DNA of 64,000 nt from positions 1,471 through 65,470 of the forward strand of contig JADJBB010000005.1 in the NCBI GenBank assembly GCA_016703965.1, given 5' to 3'. Positions within the stretch are counted from its first letter, which is position 1; the number at the start of each line of letters is the position of its first letter. The notes beneath the pieces are model-generated. The model was not told the DNA's origin. It saw nothing but the letters and a program-made list of their open reading frames with translations, and made no database searches. The position numbers and the translations under genes are program-made. The DNA comes from Acidobacteriota bacterium. Lineage in GTDB: Bacteria; Acidobacteriota; Blastocatellia; Pyrinomonadales; Pyrinomonadaceae. Below, one piece after another: positions 18,858 to 28,984 of the stretch.

Positions 18858-19581
18858 CCAACCTGCGCGCTTTTCACAACTTCTCACAATCCCTCAAAAC
18901 CAATCAAAATCGGCAACTTGCTTGTCGCTTATAAGGTTTAATTAGCTATGCGTCGGGAAAAGTGCAACCATCTTGCAACCAACTAAACAGCCCCATTCTC
19001 AAATAGATCGTCGATAAAAAATGTAGTTGGGAACATCAAAATAACACATTCTGATCGAAGATAAAACACTTATTTCTGAGATGTTGGTGCTTTGTGACAT
19101 TTCTTATAGGAAATATCACAAAGGACCAAAAAGCCCTTTGATATTATGGATCAATAATAAGCCATCGAGCCGACAATATATCAAAGCCAGTGCTGCTAGT
19201 CAGCTCACATAGGCGTGAGCATACAAACAATCTGGGGACCGACTGGCTCGTTTCGAGAGGCTTCGCGTTTGGGCGGGTCGGACTCCGATCCAATTACTTA
19301 AATGCATGAGCAATCTGGCAGCCTTGCTTTTTTGAGTCGACCAGCATGGCCCTCAATGCATTGTAAGTATTCGCGGAGCGTGAGTCGGGACTTGATCGTA
19401 AACTGAGGTATTCAAGGATCTCCAAAAAAGGTGGTGTGGTTCGGAGATGAGAACACTGACTTTTAGGGATCGGCCAGAGCACGTAGCCGAGCCTATCCCA
19501 AAGTCGTTGTTCGCTGAACATTGAGATCAGGTTCGCGTCGTGCACGCTGTTAGTTGAAGTCGACTTGCAAGTATTCCACAG

Positions 19582-20637
19582 TTACAACTTCAGAACTACG
19601 ATCTCTCCTTTGCTAGTTCCATAGGCAATATGCTTACCATCCGGAGAAAAAGCGAGTGATTTCACATCTCCTAAGGCTTTAATATTCTTTCGAGTTTGGT
19701 TCCCCGACATAGCCCAAACAGCCACCATTTCACAACACGTAGACACACCAGAGGACGCAAGCAATCCGCCATCAGCTGAAAATACCATGTTATAAGTAAG
19801 CTGAGATTCAGGTAGCAACAGATTTAAGGGATTATTTTTAGGAGTTCTTTGGCTCAAATCCCAGATTCTTAAACTACGAATTCCGCCGTTGTAACCACCT
19901 ACCGCGAGCGATCTGCCATTTGCCGATACCGCTATTCCCGTGATTTGTCCTAGCCGTTCCGGAATCTCCTGTACGATCTTACCTGAAATCAGGTCGTAAA
20001 CCGCGATCATAGGACCAGCATTGTCCCATCCGACTGCGGCAGCAACGACTAATTTGCCTTCTGATCCAAACAGAGGCTTCCCGATTTTTTTGACTGAAAA
20101 CCGTTTAATCTCTTTACCATCATTGGTGCTCCAGATACGAGCCATTTTTTCTGGTCCAACTGTGACAAGAGTCTTGCCGTCAGGAGAAAATACAAATTCG
20201 GAATCGTCATTTGAGAGGATAGTCTTAACTCTTAGGTTTACCGGGTCAATTAAGGCTATTCGGTTTACTTTATCGCTCTGTAAAACTTTGTTAACTACAC
20301 TCGTTTGGCTGTATGAGATAGATATCAAATCTCCCGCAGACGACACCGCCATTTGGCGAACGTGGGAAATTGTCTCCTTATGCTCACTTTTTTTTTCGTC
20401 AAGATCGAGAAACCCACTGCGACCCCCCGTAGTCAGGTTCCATTTCGCAATAGTGCCATCCCAACTTGCAGACAACAAATGACTTCCGCCGTCTGTAAAC
20501 CACAACGAAATAATGTCACCGTTGCCGTGTTTCAGTTTCGCATCCTGGGACTGCGCTAGTCCCTTCGATGACCCGGCGAACGTGATTAACATAAAAATGG
20601 TTACGATTTTTACTTTTCTACTTATCTTTAATCTCAT
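19582..20637 (-). CDS. exported WD40/beta-propeller repeat protein A (candidate immunity protein of RHS-A)
   Basis: Internal ATG at 20637 in ORF 19582..21237: MRLKISRKVKIVTIFMLITFAGSSKGLAQSQ is a Sec signal peptide. Repeated blades follow (LLSASWDGTIAKWN, FSPDGKTLVTVGPEKMARIWS, LAFSPDGKHIAYGTSKGEIVVLKL). Confidence 0.7.
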   Translation of the reverse strand: MRLKISRKVKIVTIFMLITFAGSSKGLAQSQDAKLKHGNGDIISLWFTDGGSHLLSASWDGTIAKWNLTTGGRSGFLDLDEKKSEHKETISHVRQMAVSSAGDLISISYSQTSVVNKVLQSDKVNRIALIDPVNLRVKTILSNDDSEFVFSPDGKTLVTVGPEKMARIWSTNDGKEIKRFSVKKIGKPLFGSEGKLVVAAAVGWDNAGPMIAVYDLISGKIVQEIPERLGQITGIAVSANGRSLAVGGYNGGIRSLRIWDLSQRTPKNNPLNLLLPESQLTYNMVFSADGGLLASSGVSTCCEMVAVWAMSGNQTRKNIKALGDVKSLAFSPDGKHIAYGTSKGEIVVLKL

Positions 20638-21262
20638 AACTCGGTTGAATTGTTCTTCCACTCGGCGCCCCGTCAAAGCTTTATAGATATTGACCGGATC
20701 CGCTCCGTTGATTGCGTTCCAAGCATGTGCGGTACCGCTACACCCCTTACAACCTTTCCCTCTTTCGTCGGCGTCCATATCCAGGGCTCCGAATTTCTCA
20801 CTCGTCGCGAATGACATCTGTATCTGTCCGCGATCATAGTTTTCGCGAAATGTAACATCGTAGATCACTCCCGTAGAGTCATTCTTGTGTTCAACGTCCT
20901 GACCTCCGGGGCCGATGAAGCGTTTGTCTGCCGCCGCTTTTTTGCTGCTAATACCTTCCATCTGTGTGTTAAGTTCGGCATCTGCATTCGCATATATTCG
21001 TTCTCCTTTTTTGTAACCAGTAATGCCCGTGACGTAGTTGATAGCGCTCTTTCCATTCGCAAACTTGATATCAGCCAGAGCAGCCGTCATGTTGAGTATC
21101 CCAGCCAACTGCTTTCCACCATCGACAGTCTTTAAACGTTCGTAAAGATCCTTTCCCGATAGAGAGTCTTTCCCCTTATCGACCGCAATTTTTTGAGCCA
21201 TTGAAAACTCTCTTTTCTTCGTCTGAAAGCTTGTCAAAGTCTTTCCAGACGTACTCAGTTTT
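20638..21262 (-). other. variable C-terminal toxin domain of RHS-A (~208 aa, family unassigned)
   Basis: It starts right after the core-end motif NRYTYALNNPIRAIDPTGM. The sequence KTEYVWKDFDKLSDEEKRVF...LSGKDLYERLKTVDGGKQLAGILNMTAALADIKFANGKS...GCKGCSGTAHAWNAINGADPVNIYKALTGRR is homologous to, but strongly diverged from, the copy B tail. Confidence 0.6.
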
Positions 21263-24200
21263 CATGCCGGTTGGATCGATCGCTCTTATTGGATTGTTCA
21301 AGGCATATGTATATCTGTTCCAACTTTGTGGGACATCGGCGACTGCACTCGCTTGTAACGGATCTAGAGATGAAAATCGCCCTAAAGTACAGCCGAAGTA
21401 TCGAGCCTGGGCAAAATCTAGCCCACTTTCGCTGTCCCTCTCATAACCTGTAAACTTCTGCCTCGGGGCTGATACAGAGGACCAACCACTGCCGCTTGAA
21501 CGCCCCGCACCAGACGTGACTTCTTCGCCGAATGGCATAAAGTCTCGGCGTTGCGTTACTGTTGCGGAAGAGTTCGTGACGACTCTTGGGCTACCGAGAT
21601 GATCGGGCGTAAGGTACTCGGTGCCGTTTGTTGGGTCGATGACGGCGGTTAGGCCGCTGGCTCCGTAGAGATATTCTTTTGTGATCGCATTCGTAGAGCC
21701 GTTGTATTCGGCGAGAAGTTCGCCGCCGATGCCATAGACGAAGCGTGTGTTTTCGCCGACGTATTTTCTTACGCGCTTGCCTTCGCCGTCGTAGGCGTAA
21801 GCCAAAACGGTGTCGAGTTTAAGGATTTTGTTTTCGGCATCGTAGGTGTAGGCGTGGCTCGGGTCAACAGTTAGGTTGCCCGCCGCGTCGTAGCTGTAGC
21901 CGCTGGTCGTGATCCGGTTTGTTGTACTGCTGAACGTCGGGGCTGTTCCGCTTCCAACTCCCGCCGTAATGGTTCGGTTTCCATAGCGGTCGTAACCGTT
22001 CGTCTGAGTCCAGCTGGAGCCGCTTTGCTCCTGTGCGGTTGCGAGGCGATTGAGATTGTCATAGGTAAAGTCCTGCGTAAAACTCGTTCCGCCCCGCTGT
22101 AAGCGATGCTCGTGATATTTCCATTATTCGTTGAGCTGGTGCCGTAAGTATAGCTAAGCGACATCGTAGCTCCCGACGATCCAAGTTGAATACTTGTCGG
22201 CTGAAGTCTTGTGTTGTATCCAATTGCATGAACCAGCCCATTACCCAAGGTCTGGCTCGCAATTCCGCCCTGAGCTGCATACGAAACGCTCGAAACACTG
22301 GCAGCCGCAAAGCTTCCTACGTTGTACGTTACAGCACTGGTGCTCAGGGATGACATTCTGCCAGCCGCGTCGAATGAATAGCTGACCGAACGCCGGGCGG
22401 TTCCATCACCCGGATAGGTTTGGCTCGTCATACCGTTAGCCAAATCGTACGCGGCGTCTATCTCGTAGTTCGTTGTGTCAGTTCGCTGCCACTGCTCGGT
22501 TACGCGTCCCAGTTTATCGTAGGCTCGGTACGTTCCGTTCGAACTGCTCGATCCATAAGTCACCGCAACTAGTCTTCCGATGGACGAGCCTCTTGTGTAA
22601 CTCGGTGCTCCAGACGGCAGGCTTTGGCTGTCGTAGTAGAAATAAACGGGGGCCGTAACTCCGCCATCGTTCGAATAGGTGCGAGAGGTAATTCGATTTA
22701 AGTCATCGTAAGCGTAGGAAGTCGTCCAGTTACTGCCGCTGGTTGTTCGCGGATCAACTTTGCTGGTCAGATTTCCATTTGGGTCGTAGCCATAGCTGAC
22801 CGTACCCGATTCTGGATTCACCGCCTGTGTAAGTCGGCTCAGATTGTCATAACTGAACGTTCGCGTCTGGGAGCCTTGCGAAACCGTAAGCAGATTATTT
22901 AACACGTCGTAGGTGTAATCCGTATTCACATTCAACGTGCCGCCCGAATCCGGTTCGTAGACAGTTTTCAAGCGCCCAAGAGCATCGGTTACGGATTTTC
23001 TTTGTTTGCTGGCCTGATCTGTCACGGTTACTGTGTTTCCGCTGTATGAAGTTCCAACGGACGATCCGTCGGATGTTGCGACGGCCGTTACGCGCCCCAG
23101 TGCGTCGTAAGTGTTCTCCGCGTAGCCGTATGTCGTGTCCGACGTAGTGCGAAACGGATTGTATGACCGTTTGATGCGCCCAACAGCATCATAGGTTTGC
23201 GTAGTTTTTATATAAGTCGAACTGCCCTCATATCGCCGAGTCTCGGTCGTTCGGCCAAGGCCGTCGTAGAAACTCTCCGTTTTCAAAGCATTGTCATTGT
23301 AACTCGCCAGATCGCTGGTCGTGGTTACTTTCTTGTTCGTGTCGTCATAAGCGAAAGTGGTTTGACTCTGCTCTGACTGCCCCACCGCCCGAATGATCTG
23401 CGTCGGACGGTCGAGCGATTCACTCGTCGAGTACCCGCTCGTCACTACGCCATTGACGTCCTGCCCATCGACCGGCATCCCGGTGTAGAAATCGAATTGA
23501 GAGGAGACCGTTTGGCTCAAACAGTTAGTAACGCTCGTCGCAAAGGCGTAGCTCGTCTGTGAAACGCCCGATAGCTCGGACGGAGATGTGTTAGTTGTGG
23601 CGTTTCCATTTGGCGCACCGTAGCTATCGCCATAAGCTGCCGAGGTCTCACATCCACGCGGATCGCGAATTTTCACGACGTTCCCAGCGATGTCGTATCG
23701 TTGGAAGCTTTTGACCTCGCCGGTCTCGCCTGCGGCGTTTTCATAACGCTTGATCGCAGTAGCGTTGCCTCGCGTCAGGTAGCTGGTAGTGTAGCCTGAA
23801 TCATGGCCACTGATCGACGATCTACTGGTGAGTCCCTCGTTGTAGCTGGTCGAATACTGATCGTATTCAAACTTTGTCCTCGACTTTATCGTTGAACCGG
23901 CCGAGTCACTGGAAACCCACGTCTGAGTCGGCAGATTGCGAATGTGGATCGTTCCCTGAGCCGGTGTTGCGGTCGGGGTTGGGGTCGGAGCCACGTTAAT
24001 GTAATCCGTACCGTTTACGGTCGTTGCGTAATCGGTGTGAGTTCGACGAACAAACGATCCGACTGCTCCCGACCCATAGTCGTACTCGAATACATCGGTC
24101 TGATTGTTGAATTGATCGAATCCTCGTGAACTGTCGTTTGGGTTGATAGCAGAGGTTTTCGACTTTTGGCCGTCGTCGAGAGTTGTTACGGTCTCAATGA

Positions 24201-25865
24201 GTCTGGGGTCGTAACCCGGTGCGTCGTCAGCCGTACCAGACCACCAGCTGAAGGGCGATGAAGCGGTACGCTGCTCCCAGGTATAATCCACTGTACGAAG
24301 AACGGTCGATCCGTTAGTCGCATATGCCTCTGTCTTATACTCTTTCGCCTCACGCCATTTAGTGTAGCTGTTCGCATCCGAGGTCTGACTGAATGAATAA
24401 AGAGCACTTCCGAAATACGATGATTTTTGTTTGGCAAGCAGATTGTTGCTTGCATCGCGAGTTTCGGTGACGACAGAACTTTCAGTATTACTGTTGAAAT
24501 CTGTAGGTCGTTCAATGATCAGCTTGTTCTCAAGAGTAGAGCCATCAACGTATGTTCTTCGCTCAAGAATGCGTCGATAGACTGCGTAGTCCATGTACGT
24601 CGCCGTTGCGACCACGCCGCCGTTTGTATTTCCGTATTCACCGACATCCCAGTCGTATTCTATAGCCCCGCCCGTTGGCAGATCGATCCGCGCGAGTTCG
24701 CCGTAACTTGTGTATTTGAATTGATAACTCTTTCCATTGGGAAGTATGACACCACTCTTAACCTCTGGATTGAAGTAGGTCGACGTCGAACCGTTAAGAC
24801 TCGGAAAAAGCTGCGCGTAGGTTTTCAGAGTTTGGCCAGACTTTAATACGTTCGTCAGGTTGGTTTTCGTAACAAGTATGGTTCGCGACGCTCCGCCGAA
24901 GCCTTTATAGGTTATTTTGTCGCAGAGGCCGTAGGTTCCGTCAGTATAGCCGAGAGCTATACTGACGACACGATTAAGAGAGTCCGTAACCGTGAGCGTT
25001 CCGCTGGACCCCGAGAACGTGACTTTGTTTCCGTTTCGATCCCGGATCTCGGTCAAGCTTCCGCCGACAAAAGTCCACCTGGATCCGTCCTTTAGGTACA
25101 TAATTCCGGAAGCCTCTGGAACGAAATCATCTGCGTCGGCATATGCCTCGTCAACGATGTCCGCCCCCGAAACAAAAGTCGCCGCCGAGCCGTCCGTCGT
25201 CACAAAGATCTGCCCACGGTTCTGAGCTGCTGTCGTTGGACACTGGTACATGTTACGGGTCGTATTCTTTGGCTCTCCTCCGACGCGTGAATCACGAAAC
25301 TCATATTCAGTCCCATCAGCGAGCGTTACGTTTATTCTGGACAAGGTCTTTATATAGACAGGACGGTCAGGCAAGACGTGGCTGACGCAGGTCACCGTCG
25401 CTCCGCCACCTCGTCGAATTTCGGCTCTGGCTCCCATGTATGGCGGCCGGGGATCCAGCTGTTGTAGTCGGGGTAGTTGACGATCGTGTTGTAGTCCGGA
25501 TCGACTATCTCACGTCGCACATTCCATTTCTGATCGATCTGCACTGCTAACCCGGTCGAAGCACCGCCGCGTCCTCCGACCGAGACAAGCGGCAGGCTGA
25601 AATTGAGGTTGCCGTTGTATGAGTTCACACTTTCAAAACCGCTCAACGAATACGATCCGGCGGGAGCTCCAGGGGTCAACCCGGACGGTGTTACCCCACT
25701 CAGTGCAGCCTGTGCGGACACGGACGCGGTCAGAGCGACGGAAAGTATTATCGCTACAAGAATATTTCGTGATCTGACTGACCCAGCCAAATCGGAAAAA
25801 CAGGCTGTTGACAAACTAAACATGGCACACCTCTCTTTTTCTTTACCCCTGGAGAATGAAAACAA
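20638..25865 (-). CDS. RHS/YD-repeat polymorphic toxin, copy A (Sec signal peptide; three frame breaks in this sequence)
   Basis: Pieces: 25392..25865 (signal peptide ILVAIILSVALTASVSAQA, then the N-terminal region), 21871..25437 (1188 aa), 21176..21805, and the first 200 codons of 19582..21237. Dozens of YD repeats (YTYDALGR, YSYDNLSRL, YAYDDLNRI, YAYDGEGKRV). The DPxG core end lies at about 21263-21320. Confidence 0.85.
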
Positions 25866-27029
25866 TGAGCGAATTAGACGATTTTCTATTCGGTTATCTC
25901 AAGACTTAGACTACGTGTCGGTCTTTGAATATCGACGATCCTGTATCGTCCCGGCTCGAGGGTCATCGGAATGCTAAGTCGGCGGCGATTTCGAGGCATC
26001 TCGACAGTGCGGAGCATTGAGCCATTGACTTGCTCCAATCTGAGCGTCATAAGAGGCAGTTCCGATCTGTTTACCATCGCAAGCAATACCGGGCCTTTTG
26101 GCCGACGGATCGTACTGGGCTCAAAACCTCTTGGACTGATCAAGATCAGTTCTGCGGTCATACGTTGTTCTACAGGAGGCGTCGCCGCAGCGGTTGCTTG
26201 AGGTGGAGTCGGCTGCGTCTTCGCGTCTGCTGTAACCGCAAGTTCCGGAACTCCACTTGTCACAAAAGTGAAAACGGATTCAGGAAGCACTTGCTTTGCC
26301 GCGAACACAGCCATCGATAAGAGGCCCAGAGCAAATATCACGATTACAGTCGTTTTGCGGTATTTGCGTTGGTTTCGCAAATTTGCCGTTTCCTGACCAG
26401 GCAACGGGTTGAGATCGAATTCATTTTGTTTTGACATTGATAGCTCCTCTCTCGTCAGAGACAATTAACAGGCTGGAAATAGCGGCAAATGAATACGCCG
26501 ATATCTCACTTGAGATTCGAAACGAAAAACGATTGATAAAAACTAACGAGGTGTGTAAAATGCAGAGTTGTTGGGGCTCGCTTTTACGGACACTTCGTCC
26601 CTAAACGTGAACCGAACGCCTGATCGATAATTGGCGTTATCGATCAGGCCTTTTTCAGTCCAGGTATTAATTTCAAAAAACATCTTCACCGTACAAACGG
26701 CAAAGAAAAGTCGTGTGTCACCGACGGACGCACGACTTAACTAGTAACCAAAACTCCAACCCGTAATTTTGTAAGTTTGAATTTGGAGGCACTTCGTTAC
26801 CGGCTAGTTGTAAATCCTTCGGGAGATTCAAACCAGTAACGTAAAGCTGATTGCGGGAAGCACTCGACATTTTTACCCCTTAATTCCTCGGTTTAGACAG
26901 CTAAAAAAGCCGCTGCCACTGTAGCAATCTCCGAAATAACCGAAGACTTCAAAAAACCTAAAGGTCGAATACCAAGAGCCTATCACCGAACCGTTAGCCG
27001 TGTCAATATCTTTTTTAATCTTGTTAAAC
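21405..27029. repeat. 5.6-kb direct repeat, copy A (RHS core, N-terminus, upstream gene and 565-bp leader)
   Basis: Near-identical to 31360-36980, apart from scattered 1-nt indels and a few substitutions. Identity starts at GCCTGGGCAAAATC and ends at CTTGTTAAAC. Confidence 0.9.
25886..26437 (-). CDS. single-pass membrane protein encoded upstream of RHS-A
   Basis: The ATG at 26437 (MSKQNEFDLNPLPGQ...) matches the start of the copy B ORF. One TM helix (TTVIVIFALGLLSMAVFAA), a Pro/Thr/Ala linker and a ~100-aa beta-rich C-terminal domain. Confidence 0.55.
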   Translation of the reverse strand: MSKQNEFDLNPLPGQETANLRNQRKYRKTTVIVIFALGLLSMAVFAAKQVLPESVFTFVTSGVPELAVTADAKTQPTPPQATAAATPPVEQRMTAELILISPRGFEPSTIRRPKGPVLLAMVNRSELPLMTLRLEQVNGSMLRTVEMPRNRRRLSIPMTLEPGRYRIVDIQRPTRSLSLEITE

Positions 27030-27162
27030 GTAGTAGAGTTGGGGCAATCTTTGTTATCGGCTTTAGAGGTGTCGTTCTCAAGCTCGGCCGAATACAGCAG
27101 AGCCTGCTCACAGTGATTATCCGCCGCCCATTTATCGTTGGAGCATAGCTATGTCTTTATGC

Positions 27163-27217
27163 TAACATGATATATGCACAGTAACATTGATGCTGTTACT
27201 GTGCACACATCATGTTA
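27163..27217. promoter_or_regulatory. 55-bp near-perfect palindrome (candidate operator) upstream of the wHTH gene
   Basis: TAACATGATATATGCACAGTAACA-ttgatgc-TGTTACTGTGCACACATCATGTTA: 24-nt arms with 2 mismatches. It ends 14 nt before the ATG at 27232. Confidence 0.5.
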
Positions 27218-27231
27218 TTATGCTCTTGGCT

Positions 27232-28227
27232 ATGAAACGAAAGCTCATTCAGGAATTGGGAAATTATATTGAGGAAACTCTTGGTCTTTCGATCAAAGTC
27301 GACCTGTGGATCGGTAGCAGTAGTCTTCCGCTATTTCTCCGAAACCAATACGAATTCTATGAAATCACGATCATCGACAGAAATTTTCTTACCCTTGTAG
27401 ATATAAGCCCGGATGAAAAGACGCCTGGAGTAATAAGAAAGCATTTCGATTACGTTCAAAAGAATTGGAATATCGACTCAATCTATGTAACAGATTCGAT
27501 GCCAGCATATAACCGTAAGAGATTGATTGCGCACAAGATCGCCTTTATCATCCCCGGCAATCAAATGTACCTGCCGGATATCGGTGTTGATCTGCGCGAA
27601 CATTTTGCCGCCACACGGATTCCACGAAGTTCGATAATACTTAGCCCTTCAACCCAAACCGTGATCCTACACGCTCTGCTCTGTACGACCGAGACGACGT
27701 TCACCCCATCTTCCTTGGCGGATAATCTGAATTATTCCCAGATGACGATGAGCCGAGCGTTCGACGAACTTGAAGCCTTTGACTTGGGAAAGATCGAGAT
27801 TAAAGGACGAGAACGGGTTTTATATTTCGATAACGACAAGAAACATCTTTGGGAATCGGCCAAAAATAACCTCTCTAGTCCCATCAAGAAGCGATTTCAT
27901 GTACGATCCACGATAAACCATTTCGGGGTTCGCACGGGACTGACTGCACTCTCGACCTACAGTATATTGGCCGAGCCCACGACCCCAGAGTTTGCAATTA
28001 GCCCGGAAGAATGGAAAGAATTACAGAATAACGAGAAAGTTGAAACCTTTTCGGTTCCCGAGTTCGATTCGACCAATATTACGATTGAGGTTTGGAAATA
28101 CGACCCTAAGCTCTTTGCACAATCGGGAGTTGCAGATCGCTTTTCCCTGTTCTTGAGCTTGAGAAATCAGAAGGATGAACGCGTCGAGGCCGCTCTGAAT
28201 GAAATGCTGGAGAATATCGAATGGTAA
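27232..28227 (+). CDS. wHTH-containing protein, AbiEi-like antitoxin/regulator candidate
   Basis: 331 aa from the ATG at 27232 (MKRKLIQELGNY...). Central HTH-like segment (FTPSSLADNLNYSQMTMSRAFDELEAFDLGKIEIKGRERVLYF). The stop overlaps the start of the nucleotidyltransferase gene (ATGGTAA). Confidence 0.45.
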   Translation: MKRKLIQELGNYIEETLGLSIKVDLWIGSSSLPLFLRNQYEFYEITIIDRNFLTLVDISPDEKTPGVIRKHFDYVQKNWNIDSIYVTDSMPAYNRKRLIAHKIAFIIPGNQMYLPDIGVDLREHFAATRIPRSSIILSPSTQTVILHALLCTTETTFTPSSLADNLNYSQMTMSRAFDELEAFDLGKIEIKGRERVLYFDNDKKHLWESAKNNLSSPIKKRFHVRSTINHFGVRTGLTALSTYSILAEPTTPEFAISPEEWKELQNNEKVETFSVPEFDSTNITIEVWKYDPKLFAQSGVADRFSLFLSLRNQKDERVEAALNEMLENIEW

Positions 28228-28984
28228 AAGGAATCGAAAAATTCAAAGAACATTTCGCAGGATTTGACGACAAGTACATATTGATCGGCGGTTCTGCATG
28301 CGATCTGGCAATGGCGGAGGTCGGGGGCGATTTCAGGGCGACAAAGGACCTCGACATCGTAATCGTGGCTGAAACGCTGAATCCGGAATTTGTTACTCGC
28401 TTCTGGGAATTTATAGAAACAGGTGGGTATGAGTCTCGTCAGAAGAGCACAGGAGAACGACGCCTATATCGCTTTCACTCGCCTACGGATGATTCTTTTC
28501 CCTACATGATCGAACTCTTCTCGCGGATTCCTGATGCCATTTCATACGAAGGTGAAGGGAGATATACGCCTCTTCCGATAGGCGAGGAAGCGTCGAGCCT
28601 ATCCGCCCTTTTGATGGACCATGCTTATTATGAACTGGTACACGGGGAATGATTGTGATTGATGGACTGCCAATTCTCAGGCCCGAGTACATCGTTTTGT
28701 TGAAAGCCAGGGCGTGGCTGGATCTGACTGCGAGGAGGGAGAGCGGCGAGATCGTAAATAGTAACGATATAAAGAAACACAAAAACGACCCGTTCCGACT
28801 ATTCACAATTCTTTCGCCGGAATTGTGACTTGAGATATCGGAACCAGTCCGGTCCGATTTTGAGAAGTTTTTAGAAGGAATGTCCGGAGAATCTATAGAC
28901 CTTCATAATCTTGGAATCCGGGATATGGATCTGGCGGAGGTTATTAGAAACTTTAGGCAAATTTATGGAATCGACGACAGTTAA
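28221..28984 (+). CDS. nucleotidyltransferase-fold protein, AbiEii-like toxin candidate (one frame break and one in-frame TGA)
   Basis: NTase motif LIGGSACDLAMAEVGGDFRATKDLDIVIV. The frame break at the G4 run 28644-28647 is repaired by one extra G (..YELVHGGMIVIDGLPILRPEY..). After the in-frame TGA at 28826-28828 come 51 more coding-like codons (LEISEPVRSDFEKFLEGMSGESIDLHNLGIRDMDLAEVIRNFRQIYGIDDS). Confidence 0.5.

Noticed and set aside
18813-18900. Complete tRNA-Pro genes at 18.8 kb and 38.6 kb
   Set aside because: Only the CCA end, acceptor 3' strand, T-arm, variable loop and anticodon loop are present. No D-arm or complementary 5' acceptor strand (CGGGACG) follows in either copy, so I call them att-core fragments.
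19294-19545. 83-aa ORF downstream of WD40-A
   Set aside because: It has a GTG start without a clear RBS and no identifiable domain. It could be an orphan immunity or toxin fragment, but the evidence is insufficient.
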